A stretch of 63,441 nucleotides of DNA, the filler included, from Octopus bimaculoides (taxonomy: Eukaryota): assembly GCF_001194135.2 (NCBI RefSeq). It is 7 parts of 6 records of this genome, joined end to end, with 100 filler letters (N's around TTAATTAATTAA, not from the genome) between each part and the next. Parts side by side here need not be neighbours in the genome. Positions count along the whole stretch, not along the records: positions 40,549 to 61,371 come from NC_068992.1; positions 61,472 to 63,441 come from NC_068990.1; 5 more parts are not named here. One strand, written 5' to 3'. Below, in pieces: positions 51,440-63,441 of this stretch. Each line of letters starts with the position of its first letter. Position 1 is the first letter of the stretch. The position numbers and the translations under genes are program-made. A model generated the notes under the pieces. That model searched no databases. It worked only from the letters and a program-made list of their open reading frames with translations, and had not been told where the DNA came from.

Positions 51440-52090
51440 TCAGGTACTGGGAGGCTAAACTAAGAAAGGGAGACAGGAACAGGTGCCTTTCCATAGAGAA
51501 GATATGTGGCTACTCCAGCTGGAAAGAAAGGAAAATGTTGGTTGGGAGGTGTCAAAATAAACCCTCAAGTTACAAGAACTGAATATAAGAGACAATAGGT
51601 TCAGAGAATCAGGCATGTTTGGTGGGTAATTTCACGAGAGTGTAAAAGGAGTGTGACAGTTGGGCAGATATGGGAATAGAAGTGAATTGTGAACATGCGA
51701 AGGCATAGTCAATGATGAGTATCAGTTTGAGGAGGGATTGGAAGGAAATAGGAGTGAGTCAGAGAGGAGGTGATAAATGGCAGTACAAAATGGTGGGGAA
51801 AGTAAAAGGAAGATAATTAGAAGTGTGTGGGGTGGAAAGAGAGATCCACAGTGACAAAGATGGAGTTCATGGGGACATGTTCAGTGGAATGGGCGTTCAG
51901 CAGAAAATAAGGTGGTAAGAAGCAATATTGAGAAAGCAGGATGAGTGACAAAATTATTCCAAGGAGGGGGATAAATTATATCACAAAAGTGGGATGAAAT
52001 CTGTGCAGTTCTGCTCTCACATAATTACTGTAGCTGAATAAATAGTGTTGTAGTTAGAAGTGTGATGGAATGCAGAGTGTTAAGAAGATG
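51440..52090 (-). mobile_element. Decayed L2/CR1-like LINE fragment
   Basis: NLRVYFDT...LSSWSSHISSL resembles 'NLGV.FD..LSW..HI'. Confidence 0.4.
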
Positions 52091-52094
52091 AGTT

Positions 52095-53130
52095 TTGAGT
52101 CCAGGAGTACGCATACACGCAATGCATTTAGGTATATTCTTTCTTGCTGAGATGGACGATACTTATCAAACATGGCCATTACTCTCAGTTTTTTGTCATC
52201 TCCTCAATAAGGTCCAACTTCATAAAACCGCTCATCACTATACTGTTGTACATTTTCCTGGGCCTCCCTCTTCCAGATGTACCATCCATATTTAGCCATC
52301 AGCACTTTTTTGTGCATTTATCCTCAACCATACACATCACATGTTCATACTAGCACAGTCTTCTCTCTTGCATCTCTATAGTTGAGGCTTCTTACACCGA
52401 ACGTTTCTCTTAATGCAATTTCCCTTTGTCGTACATAAACATTGGAATTTACATCCAGATAATGCTCGCTTAATTCTTTTCTAATCTTTGCATAACTTTT
52501 GCATTTATGGCCCAGGTTTCACCACCATGCAGCAATGGTGTTTGTAACCAAGCATCATACAATTTGTATTTCACTCTGAGAAAGAGAAGCATTTTCTTAC
52601 TAACAGAGGTGATAGCTCTCTGAACTTTCAACAGCCGGTTCTTATTCTACCAGCTATACTTTCAGAATATACTTTTCCAATGTTAGTTAGTTCACCTAGA
52701 TAACAAAAATTATCTACCACCTTTAAGGATCATCCTTGGCATTCGAGAAAATCTATTTCCCATGTGGTCTTATTGTTTATTACTCCCATGCATCTGCCAT
52801 AAATGAAGTCTACTTACTCTGTTAACCTTCCTATGATTCTACTGCACTTCCAATGTATTCACATTTTGCACTAGTTACACTTATGAAATTTCTAGTAATG
52901 TATTTCCTGCATACCAAACAAGGCAATTTTCCTAAAGGTATTGGCATCCAGTCAGTTTTTCTGCTTATTGGAACTTTGGTCTTTACAAAGTTAACTTTAA
53001 GGCTGTTTGATTCTAAGTTTTACTTCCCCACCCGGATTTTCAATTCTGTTTCTACCATAGTTGCAATTATAAGAACAAAGTCATTATCATAGAGGAGATC
53101 TCATGAGCAACAAGTCTTAAACTCTTTTGT
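52095..53130 (-). mobile_element. RTE LINE fragment (RT C-terminus and 3' end)
   Basis: DNFCYLG...RIRTGC*KFRELSPLL...KLYDAW...LLHGGETWA...GRGRPRK. Confidence 0.82.
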
Positions 53131-54740
53131 TATAGCCTGGAGAACTAAGATACATAAGAGACTGACACCCAAACTCTGGTAAACATTTGTCTGTACACTA
53201 AATTCATTACTGTATGAGTTAGTAATTCAAAAATTACTAGCTGTATTCCTACAATTCATCTACAAATAATTTTCGCAGCAACCACTCGATTGGGGAGCAA
53301 AAAACTCTGTGAAGGCTTTCTCCAGATGGACAAATACTTAGCACAGTGGCATACTTTTGATTAAAAATCTTTACTCTTGCCTTACTAAAAAGAGAGCATC
53401 GTCAGTATTTCTATCTGGCACAAACCAAACTGCATCTCACCTAGCTAACTCTCTTCCTAATTAATTCTGTAACATTCATGACCTGGTCTAGCAATTTGAT
53501 ACTTCTGTAATTAGTTATCTCTAAGGCATCTTTACTCGTGTAACCGTTATACATATATACATGCATACATACACACATATCTATCTATCTGTCTGTGAGT
53601 GTGTATGTGTGTGTATGTGTGTGTATGTGTGTGTGTGTGTATGTGTGTGTGTATGTGTGTGTGTATGTGTGTATGTGTGTGCGTGTGTGGGTGCGTGTGC
53701 GTGTAGAGAGAAAAGAAAGTTTTTATGAGAGAGTAGGAGAGTCATAGCTGAAATGATAATGATGATGATATTGTGCCTCTTAATGGACATAAAGAAGTCA
53801 CACTGCAATAGAATTTTAACTCTAAGCTATGATACTTGATCATCCATTTCAGCTTCTGACTATCTGTGCAATGCAAATAAAATAAATCAAGGTTCTATGA
53901 AGTATTTTTCTATATCAGTCAATGAAAAGAGTATTTCCAGTGTATGAATATATAACACATACACACATACATACGTACCTTGGTTCATACATACATGAGA
54001 GAAAGAACCTGGAATTCACAAGACTAGTATTTACTATGATTGTTTTAATCCATCATGCGTCAGTGCCTCGTGAGTGAGATGCTGTAAAAACTGTTGTCAA
54101 GTTGCTGAATATTGTGAAACAGCATACCACAAGGTGAGTATCCAAATATAAAATCGTATGTATATGATTTTATATTTGGGTATATGAAAACCGGTGTTGG
54201 TTTGTTTACGTCCCTGTAATTTATTGGTTCGGAAAAAAAAAGGAAACCACATAGAATAAGTAGTAGGCTTCTAAAATATAAGTTCTGGGAGCAAATGACT
54301 AAAAAACCCTTCAGGGCGATGCTCCAGCATTGCTGCAGTCATGCTAGAACACAGCCTTGTGTATACATACATATATCTGGTGGTGATCCAGCATGACCAC
54401 AACGACCTGGCTAAAAGAATAAAAGAATATATATGACGATCTACAGATTCAAAGTTAGTTTATTTGGCAATTAATAAAGAAACTCGAGTTCGGGATTTAC
54501 TAATTAATTTTTTTGTTCGTTCTGGTGTTATAGTAGCGTGCCTCATGAATTCATTTTTTCGTGGTTTGGGTTTCAGTTGCCTCCTCTAGCATGTAAGGAG
54601 TCCTGTCAATGGTCTCCTCTCTGTGTATAAAAATATTTTATGCACTTTATATTTTCAAAAATGTGTTATGTCTTAAGGTCTTATGGCTTTTATTTATGCA
54701 TGCTAACCACTGGTAATAAATTATTTCAATTTATTAGCCT

Positions 54741-54830
<90 letters not shown>

Positions 54831-54834
54831 GGCC

Positions 54835-55058
54835 TCAGCGTGGGTGTGTGGTAAGACTTTTGCTACCAAACTGCATGGCTCTGAGTTTATTCTCACTGTG
54901 TGGTACCTTGGGTGTCTTCTACTGTAGCCTTGGGCCGACCAAAGCCATGTGACTGAATTTGGTCGCTGGAAACTGAAAGAAGCACGTCGTATATATATGT
55001 ATGTGTGCATGTGTGTGTGTGTGNNNNNNNNNNCACGTCGTATATATATGTATGTGTG

Positions 55059-55104
<46 letters not shown>

Positions 55105-55280
55105 TGACAACCGATGTCGTGTTTACGTTCCCATAACTTGGTGATTTGACAAAAGGAAATGACAGAATAAGTGCCAGGCTTACAAAAAAAAAGTACGGGT
55201 GTCGATTCGTTCAGATAAACATTCTTCAAGGTAGCTTCCCCAGCACGGTCGTAGTCTAATGATTGAAACATGTAACAAAT
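54835..55280 (+). mobile_element. SINE family A (contains a false duplication at the 10-N gap)
   Basis: Head, core and tail match family A; 54984-55023 repeated at 55034-55073. Confidence 0.82.
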
Positions 55281-55349
55281 AAATGATACAACTCAGTGAC
55301 CAAATAAAAGAAAGTAGCACTAAAGACATTTGGGTAATGTTTTTTGTAA

Positions 55350-56010
55350 CAATTTGACTCAGCTATTTTTTTTATTTTGGTGGAAGTGCACGGGTAAGAA
55401 ATTACCTCTAAAGTGGAAGGGACAGTGGTTGAATCCAGTGAAGATGGTGGTGTTGGAAATATGGTTTAATGTGACAGTATGGACATCGGTTGGGAAGGAA
55501 TCTGGGAGTGGAACGGGCTGTGAGGAAAGAGGAGTAGTGGACGAGGTGGCTGCATTGGTTACAGACACGATGATTAAAGGAATGAATGGTTGGGATAGAG
55601 AAAAAACGAGATATGCCTGGGTTAAACTGTAAGCAGCGGAGAATGGTGTGCTGAAGGAACAAAGTGGCAGAATGGTAGGTGAGGGGAAGGAGAATGCAAT
55701 GACCTGGATTCTGGATGTGAAATGTAAGAACTGAGATGCAATGAATAGCATTGACACGGGAAATGGAAGTCAGGTATGCATGGGTGGTGGGTAACTGCGT
55801 CGAACAAACTGATTGGTCATGTTTTGAACCCGAGTCTCAAAGTCCTTGTTGCAGTTACAGAAGCTTGGAGATGTTTGAACTGGAAATAGTGGATGGCACT
55901 TGATGCGGATGGGTAGGGAAGAGGAAAGTCAATGTAGGAGTTCGGGTCGATTGGTTTTGTAAAAGACAGAATAGAAATGGGTAAGGGTTAGATGATCGAT
56001 AGAGACAATG
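55350..56010 (-). mobile_element. Penelope-like (Neptune-type) RT-thumb / linker fragment
   Basis: SVFYKPIDPNSYIDF..YP...AIHYFQF...CNKDFETRVQNMTNQFVRRSYPP...HISNTTIFTG.N...FHFRGNF. Confidence 0.72.
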
Positions 56011-56502
56011 TCAAGTAAATTACATGCACACGCACACATACATACAAAAATGCATACAAACACGCACACAAATACATATATTACCTAATGTATCCTATTT
56101 CATAAAACAGTTGACAGTATTTGGCAGGTATGTGGTTGCTATTTCTAACAGATGGAAGACCAAATGGAAGCTCTTTAGGCTCGTAGCAAAAAATAAAATT
56201 GCTACTGTTTACCCACAGAACAACTATAAATTAATTGTCCGATGTTTGATTACAGTTATTCCATGCAGAGCATATCTAAGACTACATTACATAACGTAAT
56301 TCAACTTTTAAAGAGTAGTGAAACATTTGTTTGCTGTTTCTAGTAGAGATTGATCTTGTGTAGGGAGTACCACAGTGGGGTTGTTGCTCTTAGTCGGATG
56401 AAACAAACATTAGAATTTCATTTTCATAGTGATCATTTTTCCTTCTTTCTATAAGGCAATAAATCCTCGACCTTTGATCCATTGAATCCCTTTATAAGAA
56501 TA

Positions 56503-57933
56503 CTAGCTGAATTACCCGGTAATACCCGGAAAAGCGGGGGAGGAGGGTTCTTTCCAGTTCCCGTTCCCATTATACTGTTTAATGTCCTATCTCGTTCCTT
56601 GCTCAGTTCCCGTTTAAATTACAAATGGATTTACAAATACACAGTGACGTGGGATAAATTTACAAATACTGGCAAGTAATACAGTTGAATCATACAGTTA
56701 ATTGATTGTAATGGTAAGGTAATATCAAAGTTGAATTGGTGGATGGTTGGAATTATGAGAGGATTGACGATGTGCGACTATGAAACAACTGATTGATGGT
56801 TATTATTATCAATTTTGAGGGTCGTTGTGAAATTTTAAAATTATGTCAACATTTTCAAATTTAGCATATTGAAATAACTTTCCACGTTAAAACCGATTTT
56901 GCTATTTATTTGTTCCAGAAAAAATGCAGTAAAATGTTACTGTGGTTTAAAGTTTAATGAATTTTACCTGATTAGAAAACAACATTTGGAAGCTGGCAAT
57001 TTCCGCATGGTAACTGTCTATCATAAAATGAAAGCAAAATCATTAGGAGGAGGAATTTATATTAAACAAACGAAAGCAAAGCATTACGACAACCTAAGTC
57101 GTAAAAACGTCTGAAGTTTTAATTAGTTTTAATGAATAAAGTGATGTGAAACGGTCGAAGAGACATAAATAATTTAAAAAGGAAAAAGATCGTCAAGGAC
57201 ATTTTTGTGAAAATTGCACAAATCTGTTCTGATCAAGGGGTCTATTTGCCGAGGAAGTCATGGTCTGACATGAAATGAACAAAAATTTATATAAGACATT
57301 CTATTGTAAAAATTGCCCGACAACGACGGGCTATTCATCTAAGGAAGAAAATGAAAGACATTATCTATATGTTTATTATTTCAGTACATTGGTAAAGTTT
57401 TTATAAATCTTAATACGATGATTTGAAAACAAATATAAAAACACTTTACCTTTAGTTTCCTATCTGTTGTTGGATATACTGTAAAAGTTTTGACTGAGAA
57501 TACGATAGTTAATTCATGTATGCGTTAAGTGATAGGTAAACATTGAAGAACAAAGTATTAAAATTCGCTGTTCCCTTCCGTAAACGCATTCTCTCTCTCC
57601 CACTCTGTCCCTGTCACTCGTTCCCTCTCCCTCTCTCACTCTCTCACATTCCCTGTCTCTCTGTCTCTTCCCAATTCCTCCCTTTCTCTGATATCAGCTA
57701 CCCACATTATGCTACCACATTTCTCTCAACCTAACATTCTTTGCATCCTTCTCATTTTATCATATAAAAGTCCAGCCCCTGTAGGAGGCCCATTATCGAT
57801 TTTTACTGAAATCCAATTAGCCTATAATCGAACGGAATGTTAGTTTAACATGTATCCAAAATTTAGTGAAAATTGGTTCGCTGGAGGCAGCAAGCTGGTA
57901 ACAGTCAGACACAGAAATTGCCATTTATATATA
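56503..57933 (-). mobile_element. Probable non-autonomous Helitron
   Basis: 3' hairpin ccgg-gtatta-ccgg followed by CTAG|T at 56503; Helitron-like 5' region (tttatatata) at ~57925; no coding evidence. Confidence 0.45.
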
Positions 57934-58579
57934 AAATAGCGTGTGATCTGAGGCGGATTTGGCTGCTATTGCCAGCAGTCCGTGTGACATGTTGTGGATC
58001 TCCTATTGTCTTGTCACTGGATGAGGTATTACACGCAGATGCTTGTTTGAATATCGACAAATGTACTCACACAATCCACATAAATATATCACTCGAAAGT
58101 GATAAGGTGTTTCTAAGTATGGAATGAGAATGAGGAAAAGCTGATGCACAAAGCTAAGATGTGAGAGAGATATGATCAGAAATTTGGAAAAGCTCTTACA
58201 TTTATTGTACAAAATACATTTTAATATAAAAAAATTCAACTGAAGAGCACAATCTTCTGAATATACGTCGTACGTGTTCTCAGTAGCTGGAAAAAGAAAT
58301 GTAAAAGAAAGAATGTTAGGGTTACATGTCTACCGAGAGGAAGAAAAAGAAACAACGTAATACTGACAAGAAATATGATCCCATAACAAATAAGCTGGGA
58401 TTACAGTACATTATCGACAGGGTCACTTCGCCTCTTCCTCTCTCCCTATAGACAAGCACAATTCATATTTTTAATATCCTTAAGAAAAACATAACATAAA
58501 ATCCTGGTCTTAAAACTTTGACGCTCAATACCTATACAAACATCACATACATACATACATACATACATACATACATACA

Positions 58580-58615
<36 letters not shown>

Positions 58616-60253
58616 TATTAATATATATTATATATTATATGTATCTGTGTGTGTGAGAATGTGTATTTGTATAATTGTATGTGTGCGTATACGTGTGTAT
58701 TCATACATGTGTGTATTATGTACGTATGTGTATGTAGTAGTGTAAGCATTTATGAAATTTGATAATCAATTATAGAAACCCTTTTAACCCTCACAGAAAA
58801 TTTATCTTTCTTATTCCGTTCACTGGGGAAATGAATCTATTAATACAATTGATGTTACTATGTACTGAAAAAGTTATGAATGTATAATGTATTTATTTCC
58901 AGGAATATTTCCTGTCTAGATCTAAACGAAGAATGACAACATACATTTAATATAAATCAATCATGGAAGTTATTAAAAGAGCACCCAACACATGCTAACC
59001 GAAAGATGTAGAATTCCACATTCTAAGAAAAAACAGTATTTAGAGAAATTTAAAAATATAATTATACGCTGTAGAAATTAACAATCTTTTTTATTATCGT
59101 CGACTCAAGTAATTAGTCTCAATGCAATTTTGAACATAGTGTCTTTACTAGACATTTAAATGGTCTTTTGTCTTTATGTTTCTGGCAATAAATTATTGTT
59201 TTTTTACTGCTTTTAACTGTTCTTTTTAATTTTATATATTCCTTTACATTTTAAATGAAAGAATTAATTGATTAAGCATTGACAATCGCTTAATAACAGA
59301 TCTTGAAAGGAAAAACAAAATTTATATCCATAATTGCAAATGTTAACATCATATGATCTTGTTTCAGTTTTTCTACGAGAGAAAACATAGAGAACAAAAC
59401 GTTGCACTTCGAACCGATTGATCCCGAGTTCATATTGTCTGCATACCTTTCATAGTGCATTTCTGCAAGGTACTTATTTGTGAAAGTTATATTTGGGGAT
59501 AATCACTTTGCCAATAAACACACCCACTGTTTATTTGATTTTCATTTTAGCATTACTAGTGAGTGAGAGAGCAATGCATGCTATCAAAATGACACTGGGG
59601 TACAAATGCACGAAGCCCAATATACCCATCATGACTACCTATCTGATAAGGGTACACAAAGCACATGTGTCAAAACCATATGTCCGCGACATGGTGATCT
59701 TATATTAAGATAAATAGCACATGACCTAACAGGTGGGGCCCAGTTCGAATTTTCTTCAGGTCGAGTAACCCAACCTGCTCAAAAGGTTTGTTTAATAATG
59801 ATGAATGGAATACCATGTTTCCAGAGGTGAGTTATTCAAACCCCAAAGAATTCCTCTCAACATATGTTGTGAAGCTCCGCCACTACTCCTGCTCGTGATC
59901 AGAGATGCACATATCTTCAGCTACCAAGGAACATGTTCAACTGTTTAAGGTCAAATAAATTACAAGCAAATTTGTGGTATTGAGCAGAATAATTGCTATT
60001 ATTACTAGTAGTAGTATTACAGAAGTTAAGAGCCTATCCACACATAGAGCTTACATAACACTAGAAAGTAGAATGAACCTCAACAGAAAACGCCAATGGA
60101 ATGGTAACACTCGCAACCCATGTTGCAACTGAGACTGAATAGGGCCAAGCAAACACATAAATACTTGTGCAAGACTAAAAATATATTCAACTGAAAGTCC
60201 TCCGGTAACTTAATATATTTATTAATATACATATATTAATAAATATCTATCTA

Positions 60254-60280
60254 TCTATATATATATATATAAAAATGAGA

Positions 60281-60335
<55 letters not shown>

Positions 60336-60604
60336 TGTGTGATTCCTAAAACTCGAGAACTACACAACCAATTTCATTCAAATTTTACACATGCCTTACT
60401 TCTTGCATAGTTCAAGCCCACAGCAACATCATATCTCCTCCACTATTTCAGTATTACGTGTCAAAAGTGAAACAAAAACACTCATGTCAAATACTTTCAC
60501 TTTAAAAATGAAACTATTCCACTAACTGAAACAATCACATTTCGATACTGTAATGACAGATACTTTCACTTTAATGGTTTCATTTTCATACTGAATCTAC
60601 TACA
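60254..60604 (+). mobile_element. Non-autonomous Helitron 5' end
   Basis: A|TCTATATATATATATATAAAAATGAGAATGTTTGTCTGT, (TG)n, aaaactcgagaactacacaaccaatttcattcaaattttacac; truncated by a gap. Confidence 0.55.
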
Positions 60605-60883
60605 GTGAAAATATGCTCTCACATANNNNNNNNNNNNNNNNNNNNNNNNNNNNNNNNNNNNNNNNNNNNNNNNNNNNNNNNNNNNNNNNNNNNNNNNNNN
60701 NNNNNNNNNNNNNNNNNNNNNNNNNNNNNNNNNNNNNNNNNNNNNNNNNNNNNNNNNNNNNNNNNNNNNNNNNNNNNNNNNNNNNNNNNNNNNNNNNNNN
60801 NNNNNNNNNNNNNNNNNNNNNNNNNNNNNNNNNNNNNNNNNNNNNNNNNNNNNNNNNNNNNNNNNNNNNNNNNNNNNNNNNNN

Positions 60884-60966
<83 letters not shown>

Positions 60967-61471
60967 TAGATATAGATATAGATATACATCTATATGCATT
61001 CATATATATGTATACATATGTGTAGATGTATATATATAGATGTACATGTAATATGTACACATATATACACATATATACATGCATACAGATATCTATACAT
61101 ATATACACCCATACACACACACATACACATGCACACAAACACACACATTAGTTACTTGTTTTTTTTATCCAAAACTACGTCAAAAGTACTGAATGGATCT
61201 TTATGAAATTTGGAAATTATATTCTATGCATAACGGCCATAACCCCCATGAAAATTCATATATTTTTGATGTTGATGAAATTTTTACCATACATATTACA
61301 CACAAATAAAGTAATATTTCTAAAACTTCTTCTTAGAAGTTACAAAGACCCCTTCATGGGGACTTCACACCNNNNNNNNNNNNNNNNNNNNNNNNNNNNN
61401 NNNNNNNNNNNNNNNTTAATTAATTAANNNNNNNNNNNNNNNNNNNNNNNNNNNNNNNNNNNNNNNNNNNN

Positions 61472-61590
61472 AAAAGACATTACAAATGTGGCAACATATT
61501 AAAACCAAGTGGGAGAGAGCATACATAAAATCCAAATGAGAGGAAGAATATATAAGTCCATCTTGACATAGCAGGGTCTATCAGGCTAGT
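61472..61590 (+). mobile_element. Second copy of the repeat at 26693-26830 (no fold-back here)
   Basis: ccaagtgggagagag..tacataaaatccaaatg..aggaagaata.ataagtccatcttgacatagc...ctatcaggctagt. Confidence 0.7.
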
Positions 61591-62039
61591 AATTGATTCT
61601 AGACAAAAGTTTTAACTGTCTCAGAATTCTATTGTTTCTTATCTAGTGGTGATAGCAAAGGGACAATTACTTCTAAAAAGAGGGAAGGTGTAAGCAGTAT
61701 GCATGGACAAGGCTATAAAAGTATTAGAATCTAGAGGTTTCACTGGTCATAGTAGTATCAGGTCATTTTATTACTATCAAAATGTTGAGGAATTAATGTT
61801 GAGGAATTATAGCCCTAGGTATATGGGTCAAATAGGTTTTTTACTTTTAGTCTGAATAGAGTAACATAGAGTAAAAAACCTATTTGACCCATATACCTAG
61901 GGCTATAATTACCATATGACCATATGCACATTCTTATTCTAACACCCTTTCGCAAGGAGGCCATCAAAATATACGAAAATTTGACAATATTGCTAACCAC
62001 ATAAAATTAAGTGGAGTACCCTGATAACACCGGCTCCTC

Positions 62040-62900
62040 ATCTCTATGATTTCGAACTCCAATCGCGAAGAAGGGTTCCATGTACACTAACTCTTACAGA
62101 AAAGTGACATTGAAGGACCTAATTGTGCATTACAATTCATCCCTACCCATCAAGACCAAATCGTCCCACTTAAGAGATGACATCCACAGAATACGCATTA
62201 AATGCAGCGAAGCAAGAGACTAAAAGAGTAGTAACATACAATTCCGAAAAGTTCTTATGAGCAACAGTTGTCCACACTATTTCGCCAAACGCCAGAACAT
62301 CATAGGATCACCTAAGGAAACCCACACATCCAAGGATAACGTGTTTTTTGAAACTGCTGCCGCTGGAAATATCAGCAAGGAATTTGAATATAAAGCTAGC
62401 ACATTCCAGATCCTCCCTGAGGAGGTTCCTAACTAGAAATCGGCCGATCCCCAACAACGTCATTTGCACATTGCCCAATCAATAATGAGAACATATGTTT
62501 GTATTCCTACGAGGCATATAAAATCATATGTAAGAAATGCGATAAATCCTATATTGGAAGTATTGTGGAACAACTACACATCCAGGTTTAAGAACATCCC
62601 TGTTTTGATGTTTTTTCCGTCAAAAGACACCAACGGAAATGCCACGACAAAGACATCCAGGTCTCCATTGAGGCTAAGAAACAAAACACTTGGGAACTAA
62701 GGAAAAAAGAAGCCATCATCATTAGCATGACCAAACTGTGTATCAACAACAGAACCGAGTTGTGCACATCTAATTCGATATTATAGCAATACTATCTTGC
62801 GCATGCCAAATCAACTACTCCTTCCACATACATACATGCGCTACTGAGTAGAAATGGTAGCTTGCGACACAAAAACACCGATTTACTTTTCCTGACGAGG
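62040..62900 (+). mobile_element. Penelope-like element RT-thumb to GIY-YIG fragment
   Basis: TNSYRKVTLKDLIVHYNSSLPIKTK...DIHRIRIKCS...FRKVLMSNSCP, then YIGSIVEQLHIQV*EH. Confidence 0.75.
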
Positions 62901-63441
62901 AGTCTAAATCCTGAAATATCAGAATATGAGGTAAAAGTGTAAACCATTAACGTATTTCTTCTGTGTCACTTTCTTTATATCTCGCATTAATTTGGCTCTT
63001 CAGAAACGTAACACACACACGCACACGCACGCACGCACACACACATACATATGCGCACATACATATACATACATACATACGCACACATACACATAATGTC
63101 ATATAATAAACATTACACACATCTATGCACGCACATTTCTGTGTGCATGCATATGTGTCAGGGGTGTGGGTGCTGTGCGTACATACCTATACATGTCATG
63201 CAAAATGCATGTGAGTATCTGGTTTAATAATAGATTTCCGTTAAGTATTTCAAGTTAATTGATTCTGTTTGTAGTATTGCCACTGAAACAATATAACAAT
63301 TGTTCGTAATTTTATTCGTTTCGAGTATTCAACATCCTTATCAAGATTTTTGAAATCTCATTCAAAATGCGTTACATTCACGTTACCAACATCACATGAT
63401 AAAATGAGTTATTTCTCAGTCTTGCATGTATGGACACACAC

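Larger units (their letters stand above)
1..63441. repeat. Pervasive microsatellites: (CA)n, (TA)n, (CT)n, (AGAT)n, (TACA)n, (ATT)n, (CTT)n
   Basis: e.g. (AGAT)n ~300-430, (CT)n 1825-2170 and 5535-5842, (ATT)n 15750-15840, (AAT)n 24980-25060, (CATA)n 58547-58608; most N gaps are flanked by such tracts. Confidence 0.97.

Noticed and set aside
54984-55073. 40-bp direct repeat flanking a 10-N gap
   Set aside because: Typical unmerged contig overlap, not a biological duplication
172-61427. Dozens of ORFs made of X runs or dipeptide repeats (YIYI, CVCV, SLSL, THTH, RERE)
   Set aside because: Translations of N gaps and microsatellites; no coding signal
1-63441. CRISPR array, rRNA or prokaryotic operon
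   Set aside because: No repeat-spacer array or rRNA-like sequence; spliceosomal introns and eukaryotic transposons throughout

Overview
AT-rich, repeat-dominated animal DNA. The SINE families and microsatellite load look like a coleoid cephalopod (Octopus-like); this is inferred from memory of the repeats, not from a search. The window is not one contiguous piece: six 100-nt spacers (N44-TTAATTAATTAA-N44) split it into seven segments, and many other N gaps occur. The one well-supported host gene is a divergent ionotropic glutamate receptor / IR-like channel on the minus strand. Five GT-AG exons (21331-21104, 19663-19572, 17180-17087, 15652-15334, 15107-14890) splice into an open 951-nt / 317-aa frame covering the end of the ATD, S1, M1, M2 (re-entrant loop), M3 and the start of S2. 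Its M3 gate motif reads YYTAFLAAI instead of SYTANLAAF, and Met occupies the Q/R site. The rest of S2, M4 and most ATD exons were not found. A splice-bounded, possibly ATD-like exon with a +1 frameshift lies at 6045-6345. Everything else recognisable is decayed mobile DNA: Tc1, mariner, Tigger/pogo, an internally deleted Helitron with both termini, R4/Dong, RTE, Tx1/L1 and L2/CR1-like LINE fragments, at least six Penelope-like fragments (several with hammerhead-ribozyme-like cores), and many tRNA-derived SINEs. Other notable structure includes a 35-bp-arm fold-back hairpin, a CRE/CCAAT/ETS cluster, and a CpG-depleted domain (~40.5-54 kb) where SINE copies show CpG decay, suggesting an unrecognised methylated gene body. 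Almost all ORFs in the supplied track are microsatellite or N-gap artefacts. No rRNA, bona fide tRNA gene or CRISPR array is supported.
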